Origin: Octopus sinensis
Lineage: Eukaryota
Assembly: GCF_006345805.1 (NCBI RefSeq)
Contig: NC_043000.1
Location: 40,796,001-40,860,000, forward strand
Direction of reading: 5' to 3'
DNA length: 64,000 nucleotides
Shown: positions 56,220 to 64,000 of the stretch, one piece after another
How the letters are laid out: every line of letters starts with the position of its first letter
Position numbering within the stretch: the first letter of the stretch is position 1
Notes under the pieces: model-generated
Databases searched by the model: none
What the model saw: the letters and a program-made list of their open reading frames with translations, nothing else
Told to the model about the DNA's origin: nothing
Position numbers and translations under genes: made by a program

Positions 56220-57098
56220 AGAGTGAGCCAAAATTAATGCCCCAATTTGAGTTTTTGAAAAATGTATGAAATGTAATGAAAATGAAAAAAAAATGAACAT
56301 GCAATACACCCAGAAATCTTACATGAAACACGAAGAGAACATCAATTTGGCAAGTCATTTAAAGTGACCGCCGTTCGTTGCTAATGCACGACTCGTAACG
56401 CCTGGCCAAACTAGCGAATGTATTTCGATACATCTGTTCAGAAAGTTGACTGAGACATGCAGTTACTTGTTGTTCCAATTGGTTCAAATTATGGATCATT
56501 CATTTCCTTGTAGACTTGATCTCTGAGGTATCCCCAGAGAACAAAGTCACACGGAGTTGAATCCGGAGACCTTGCTGGATATTCACAAAAGTTGCTGCGA
56601 CATCCAATCCAACGATTTCGTAAGTGCTGATCAAGGAAGTTTCTTACATGTTTGTCATAATGAAGAGGTGCTTCATATTGCACAAAGATTTTGGAATGAC
56701 GGTATCGAAAATACGGTCAGATGATGTTTTCACACAACGCCAGATAACGATCACCATTCATCGCCTCTCGTTGAATATGGAATGTGCAAATTCCTAAAGA
56801 CGATATCGCCGCCCAAGCGATAAGAGAACGTGAATTGAATTGCATTCCTCAAACCACTTCAGGGTCATCTTCTGAATAATAGAAGCAGTTATGGCGGTTG
56901 GTCTGACCGGAATCATGCAAGGTCGCTTTATCAGAGTAAATGAGTCGCTCAAAAAATTTGAATTCTCTGGCTTCTGCCAGCATTCTCTCACAAAATTCGA
57001 CACGTCGAATAATCAATGACATATAAATAATAACAGCATACATAAAAAAAACTACAGAACTAACAGACACATATAATTGGGCGCTAATTTTGGCTCTG
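56220..57098 (-). mobile_element. Tc1/mariner (DD37D/maT-like) relic with TIRs
   Basis: TIRs GAGCCAAAATTA(A/G)(T/C)GCCC at both ends, TA flanks; IYSDKATLH..NRHNC and PARSPDSTPCDFVLWGYL. Confidence 0.85.
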
Positions 57099-58089
57099 TA
57101 TATACATACATATAGGGGGAGAGTTTACAAAAAAACAACAACAAAAGACGAAGACCGGTGGTGTAGACAACAAACAGATGTATTAATATAATGCTCGGGA
57201 AGTGTAAAAGTCTAACTTTTCGAGCCTACGCTCTTCCACAGAAAGGAACACAGAAAGAAACAAGGAGAGAAAATAAAGAACGTGTAGTGGCTAGCGATCT
57301 ATCATGGTGAAAAAATAATATATAATATATACATACATATATATATTTCTTTACTACCCACAAGGGGCTAAACACAGAGGGGACAAACAAGAACAGACAA
57401 AGGGATTAAGTCGATTACATCGACCCCAGTGCGTAACTGGTACTTAATTTATCGACCCCGAAAGAATGAAAGGCTAAGTCGACCTCGGCGGAATTTGAAC
57501 ACGGAACGTAACGGCAGACGAAATACGGCTACGCATTTCGCCCGGCATGCTAACGTTTCGGCAGGAGACTCCCTAATAATACATACATATATATTATTAG
57601 GGAGTCTCCTGCCGTTAGACGACGAATGAGGGTTCTGCACGGAGTGCATTCCAGAAATTTTTAAACATTCAAAGGAGAGATATTTATAAATTACAAGTCC
57701 CTAGGCTCCTTCGAATCATCATCCTCCGACTTCACTGCACTTGTGATGCTCATCACTGAGCCCCCTTGGAAACAAAGCTGTTCATAAGTTTATAGACTCA
57801 CAAATGTCTTCAAGCAGGAAATTGTGAATTGTCTCAACGAGCTTAGATGCTGTGACATCTCTCTCCCTCCCACACGTCTCATCGTCTCTCACCTCCACCC
57901 TGCTGACCTTGAACCTCTTGTAACAGTGCAAAAATTTATTTCTTTACTGCCCACGAGGGGCTAAACATAGAGGGGACAAACAAGGACAGACAAAGGGATT
58001 ATGTCGATTACATCGACCCCAGTGGGAAACTGGTATTTTATTTATCGGCCCCGAAAGGATGAAAGGCAAAGTCGACCTCGGCGGAATTT

Positions 58090-58305
58090 GGATCCATAAG
58101 CAGTCTGGAGCATTTAACAAGTTTCCGGAGCATTTCATAAGTCTCTGTAGCATTTTTGGCCAGTTTAATACAAAACTTTAAGACATCACAACCTTCTATA
58201 CGTCCCGACTGCCGTGACAAGCAGTGTCTAGCAGGGAATGTTACACCTATCTCCTTCAATTTGGAGTAACAAAAGTTGGTATGCCGTCTTATTAGATGTA
58301 TACTA
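58090..58305 (-). mobile_element. Mariner N-terminal fragment
   Basis: VLKFCIKLAKNATETYEML, truncated by an adjacent SINE. Confidence 0.6.
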
Positions 58306-58611
58306 ATGATATACTAAAATAACAATAATCTAGGATAGGACAGTTACACCTGCCTCTCCTAAAAAAATCCCCCAAACATCTGAAATGCCTTTATATATAT
58401 ACCTGACAGTAAATCAAAGCTATTTAATTCCAAAATTTATTTATGTTTAAAAACTGAACGAATTTAATAAAAGCATCTAAATATGAAGCATCATGAAAAT
58501 AGTTCAAACTGAAGTCCTTCTTGAGCGACACATTTCCATTCGAGTCAATACAGAATTACCGAAAGTATTTATGGAATTTTGATTTACTGCCGAGTGACTT
58601 TTGGCCAACCC

Positions 58612-58642
<31 letters not shown>

Positions 58643-58734
58643 GAGTGTGTATGTGTGTATGCACACACACATAGTTATTTGTATCTATGTATATAACTTT
58701 AGATAATAACAAACGTTAATGTATGTATGCATTC

Positions 58735-58820
<86 letters not shown>

Positions 58821-61800
58821 GTGATAGATGTGGTTGTGTGAATGCGCGTGGCTTGGGGTCTCCTTGGAAACAAGGATACCTCCTAAATGACATCAAGTCA
58901 CATGATTTGGGAATCATAGCCATAAGTGAGACCAGACTCCACGAGCCACGGGCCCTAAAGTCCATGTTTGGCGGACAGTTTAACATTTATTTCGCTCCCT
59001 GTCTGCCGAGGATGGGCGGTAGTGGCACCGCGGTACTTTTTCACAAGAGCCTGGATCTCGAAGTCAAGACGATATTCGTAGACCCGGAGGGTAGACTGAT
59101 CGTTCTGGATGTTGACGGCAGCAATGGGTGCGCTTTTCGACTCGTATCAGTCTACGCACCGCCCTTAACAGGTCAAGCGGATTTCTTTCGACGTCTAGAA
59201 GTATTCTTGGGAACGTCTCGTCCTTTACTCTTAGTGGGGGATTGGAATGCTACCTTGGACACGCATGTAGACTACGTGGGTAGAGACAGAAACAGAAGGG
59301 GATGCAAATGCCTCAGAGACCTGCTCAGACGATTCCAACTGTCTGACAGGTACCGACTCGACCATCCAAATGCACCAACGTGGACATGGAGCAACCGCAG
59401 TGGGTCGTCGAGATCGTATCTAGATAGGATACTGTGTAGGACAGTAGACAAGGATAACTTAGGATGTCCACAATTCCACACAGTCAGCTACACGGATCAC
59501 AAATTGGTGACGTGTACGCTAGACTTAGATAAGGCACATAGACAGGGTCCTGGGTACTGGAAACTGAACGCATCATTCCCGTCCAGACAAGTTTTCAGAG
59601 ACCGGATTAGCACACTAGTAAAGAGGGCTTTGACGGGAGCCATCATCAACAACAAATGGTGGTTTGCCCTCAAGAGAGCAGTAAAAGCAGAAGCGATTAG
59701 GTACAGCAAAGCACTAGCCATAGATAGAAATAGAGTAGAGGGTGAGCTAGTTAAGAAGCTAGAAGAGGCAATTAGAAGCGGCATCGCATCCGACGTTTTG
59801 GCGGCGAGGTTGGCCCTCGACCAACACTTCAACGCCAAACACAAAGGATGTGCTGTCAGAGCTAGGATGCGTGCTCTAAGGAACGAAGGTGTTGGAGCCG
59901 CGAGAGAGGCCCGGGTGGCAGAGGCGCAACAGGGCAACAAAGCCACCATTCGGTCACTGGTAGATGAACAGGGGCGCGAATTGCTCGAGCCAAGTAAAAT
60001 GTGTGAGGCCTTTCAGCAGCATTTTGCCCGACTGTTCGGGACGAGTGGAGGGCAAGAACGTAGGGTAGACTTCAGTGCCTACCTACATAGCCTGCCACGA
60101 CTCTCGACAAGAAAGGCAGGGTGCTGCGAAGGTGCCATCACGGCGGCGGAAGTGCGGGAAGCGATGGCAGAATGCTCGAGGGACAAATCACCGGGTTTGG
60201 ATGGTCTACCCTACGAATTTTACTATTGTATGCCAGACTTGTTTGGAGACGTCTTGGCAGCGGTATACTGCAACTGGCAGCAAAACGGGAGCATACCCGG
60301 TTTTGTGAGTCGAGGAGCTGTAACTCTGCTGAAGAAAGATCCAAACAAGGGAAACATTATAGATAACTTTAGGCCAATCACTCTGCTCAATGCAGACCTG
60401 AAAATTTTGACAAAGGTGTTAGCCAAGAGGTTGGCGCTTGTCATGGAGAAACTGGTCGACAACGCACAAACATGCGCCGTGCCGGGCCGGAGCATCCATG
60501 ACAACCTCCATCTGATGCGCTACATCATAGACAGGGTAGTTAACGAACCTGGCATGGGTGGGGCCCTGATCAACTTGGATCAATCGAAAGCCTTTGATAG
60601 GGTAGACCATCGATACTTGGAGGCAGTCCTGAGAGCGGCTGGTTTCGGTCCCGTCTTCCGCGGCTGGATAGCTGCCTTGTACAGGGGCATCCGTTCGGTA
60701 ATTCGCGTAAATGGACATCTATCGAGACCCTTCGACATTGCACGTTCGGTCCGTCAGGGATGCCCCCTCTCGGCGCTTCTATACGTATTGACTCTTGAGC
60801 CACTACTGCGGAAGCTGGCGACTCTGAGGGGCATCCCGCGAGAATTAGGATGCGGGACGAGCGTGTCTGCATACGCGGACGACGTCACCGTCATAGTGTC
60901 AAGCCACGAGCACATCGAGCGGGTCGGCGAGACACTGAAAGACTACGAAGCGGTGACAGGAGCAAAAATCAACCGGGAAAAGTCAGTGGGCTTGCGGCTC
61001 GGCACCTGGAGAAGCAAGCCCATGCCGTCCACCAGTACCTCCGTCGTGGGACGCTGGACAGACGGCCCGGTTGAGTTGCTCGGGGTCTGGTTCGGTCCGG
61101 ACCTCCAAATGGAGAAGAACTGGAACGAGATAACGAGTAGGGTGGTCACTCTCGCCCAGCAATGGGCCGAGAGGAAACTGTCCCTAAAAGGTCGGGCGGA
61201 GGTGGTGAACGCGTACATCGCGTCCATCATCTACTACCGCCTGACCGTCGTACCTTGTCCCGACCCTACCATCACCAAACTAGAACGCATCCTCTTCCGC
61301 TTCTTGTGGAAAGGATGCGTCCCGATGGTCAGGCGATCCATTTGCTGTCAACACCCGTTAAAAGGAGGGCTGGGCATGCTGTGGTTGATGATGCGCAGAC
61401 ACGCGCTGAGACTGCGACATCTCCGGCTCTATGTAGACGACGGTGAACAGGTGTGGTCGCCGTTTGTGAGGCACGCATTCCCGCAACTCGTCTCCATGAC
61501 CGAACTACAGTCGTGGATCAAAAAGAGGCCGAAGAAGGGCGAATGGCACCGCGAGTGTCGCGTTGCTCTCAAGCAACTCTGCCGTCCCGGGTCGACCTTG
61601 AGTGACTTCAACACAACCAAAGCATTCTATAGGGGATTAGTGGAGGGGAGGTACGACGACGAGCTCGGGGCAAACTTGGGCGTCGACGAGGAATACCTGA
61701 CCCGCCTGTTTCAAACGACTTTCGGCCCGGGACCTATGGACAACTTCCAGAGATCCCTGGCCTGGCGGTGCTACCGAGAAGCGCTACCCGTTCGGGATAA

Positions 61801-62253
61801 GCTCTATAGGCATGGCTCGAGAAACACGGGGCCGACCTGCCCGAGATGCGGGCAGAGCGACGAAACCGCTCTGCACGCAATCGTGCAGTGTCCAGCAATT
61901 TCCCACCTGTGGGCTTATGTCGAACGACTGCTGTCACGTGTGGGACGTGTCGGTTTATCAGCCGAGTCTATCGTTAATATCGTCACGCCTCCTTCCTTCA
62001 AACGGGAAGGAAGAGCTTTTTATCATACTTGTGGCTATGGCGAAAGAATGTATCTGGTGGACGCGTCTGAAAGGATTAGAGACAAACACTTTCCTCTCTG
62101 GTCAATCTCTCATCAACTTCTTCAAGTATCACTTGAAGAAAAAAGTGAGAGTAGAGAGGCAAGTTTTGTCTAGTGAATGTTTTAAAAAAGATGGGTGAAT
62201 GTAGCAAGGATGGCACGTATGAATGACGAAGCCACCTTGACTATGATTCTATG
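58821..62253 (+). CDS. LINE ORF2 (APE endonuclease, reverse transcriptase, zinc-finger region)
   Basis: Over 1050 codons open; frame changes near 62015 and about 62190, both at homopolymers. The ORF-track N-terminus (SIYL repeats) is microsatellite. Confidence 0.88.
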
Positions 62254-62655
62254 AACCGTAAAAATTAATACAGAGAGTTGCTTATTTGCAAAAAAAAAAA
62301 AAAAAGAAATATAACATGTGACTTCATTGACCGAGGTTACCGTGGTCTTTTCCGTAGGCTTTTCTTTCCACGGGTAAACCTCACCTGTCCTCCCCTTTAC
62401 ACTTCATATTGACATTTCTGTGATAACGATCCCTATTGATCAATTTTTTTTCCTCTCCCCCTTTTTTTTTAACCCCCCCCTTTTTTTGTCCTCTTTCTCT
62501 CATTTTACGATCCCTTTTGATCGACCCCCCCTTTTTTATTTTATTTTATTTGTTATTTTATTATTATTATTTTTTTTTTTTAAACCTTCAAAAGAAAAGC
62601 TCTACCTTGTAATTTGTTCTATCTGTGTGCAGCCCTGTGTGGCTAATAAAGAAAC
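58821..62655 (+). mobile_element. Tx1/L1-clade LINE, 5'-truncated at the start of ORF2, inserted in (TATC)n
   Basis: APE endonuclease motifs (NARG, AISET, GDWNA, SYLDRI, TDH), RT (AFDRVDH, QGCPLS, YADD), C-terminal CPRC..H..C; 3' UTR ends aataaagaaac; (TATC)n at 58735-58820 and about 62657-62700. Confidence 0.92.
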
Positions 62656-62656
62656 A

Positions 62657-62747
<91 letters not shown>

Positions 62748-64000
62748 CTGTGTATACATATATAAATATATCAACTTACTTTTTTTTCTCCATTCATTTT
62801 GTCTGGAAGAACCTAAAAGAGGAAGATATATGTTATTTGTAAAAAAGAAAGGCAACATATTGAATAAAAAATTGTATTAGAGTTCTAATGAATTGAATTA
62901 TCATGATGGCTATTAAAAAGATCCAATGTTTTGGAGTCTTGAACATTTTGGGGAGAAAGAACGAGGCTGCATTTTCATCTAAGTTGAAGAACTTCAAATA
63001 AGCAAACAAAATGAACGAAATGAAGGAGTGAAAGAGTTGATCCGAATAGAGAATGGGGAAAGCTAGTGTGATAGGATGCAAGTATTTTGGGAAGTAATGT
63101 GAAAAAAGTGGGGGGGTTGTATAAGTAATATGAGAGGAGGTATGAGTGGGGTAGTAGATGATTTGAGTTGTCGGTGAGCAGTACGATATGAGAGGAAGTA
63201 AAGTGCGAGGGAAGGATACTCAAAATTTGTAACGCTCTCTAGGTAAGTTGAAATAGAAGAAGGGGTTATGGGAAGACGGAGATGAGGGAGAAAGGAGGGC
63301 AGCAGAGGCATTATGCAACAATGCAGATGAACATTCAACAAATTGGACTGGGGGTTGAGGAGGAAAAGAAAATGAGTTAGCAAAGGACCGAGGTTAGTAA
63401 AGAGTAGTTGAAACTAAAGAATTACTAAGAATTTATATGTTAATTAGGTTGTGAAAAAAAAAAAGCGAGAATCGGGAATCTGCAACAATTGGTTATATAC
63501 TCAATTATTATTTAATTTAGATTTCCTAGTTATCGCCCATACTTTTCTGAACAATCGTCAACGCTAATGGATCTTCTCATTTTTTCATCAATATTGAACG
63601 AAGGTATAAGATTTAATTACAGACTACTACGCCATCATGCATTAAGTTAATAATGGTGACTCTATGTCACTAAATTTCAAAGGCATGTACAATGGTTAAT
63701 TGTGTGCCCTGGATCTTTGTCTGTGCCAAGATAGGCAGAGAAAGGTCATTTTCAGCATTCCAACTTACGTACTCTCACGTAATTATTGATATTTTTTTTA
63801 TCGATATGTTAAAATGTTAGATTATGTGAAACATATACACAGGCGCCGGCGTGGCTATATGGAAACAATTTTGCGTCCCAATCATATGGTTCGGGGTTTA
63901 GTCCAACTGCGTGGTACCTTGGGCAAGTCTTCTGCAATTGACTCGGGCCGAACAAAGCCTCATGAATGGATTGCGTCGACGGAAATTGAGAGTAACCCGT

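Noticed and set aside
62870-63390. C-rich minus-strand ORFs
   Set aside because: Several short frames without clear motifs; likely an old retroelement remnant.

Overview
Eukaryotic, AT-rich, microsatellite-dense DNA, most likely an octopus (inferred from OR/OK-type tRNA-SINE families). Frequent 1-bp indels suggest an incompletely polished long-read assembly. Most of the window is intron and transposon sequence: tRNA-SINE clusters, Tc1/mariner relics and MITEs, Penelope-like elements with hammerhead motifs, an R4/Dong fragment at (TAA)n, and a nearly intact Tx1/L1 ORF2 inside a (TATC)n tract. The main observation is not visible in the ORF track. I found 26 candidate minus-strand exons between 1556 and 55470. 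25 have lengths divisible by 3 (15-150 nt, mostly 27-51 nt) and read open in phase 1-1; the 26th is a +1-nt duplicate. Joined, they give about 390 aa of a Ser/Thr/Ala/Asp/Glu-rich peptide with about 11 N-glycosylation sequons and two small Cys-pair exons near the 3' end. The gene has grown by tandem exon duplication at three scales. This resembles schistosome micro-exon genes. Its start and stop were not found, and splicing is predicted from sequence only.
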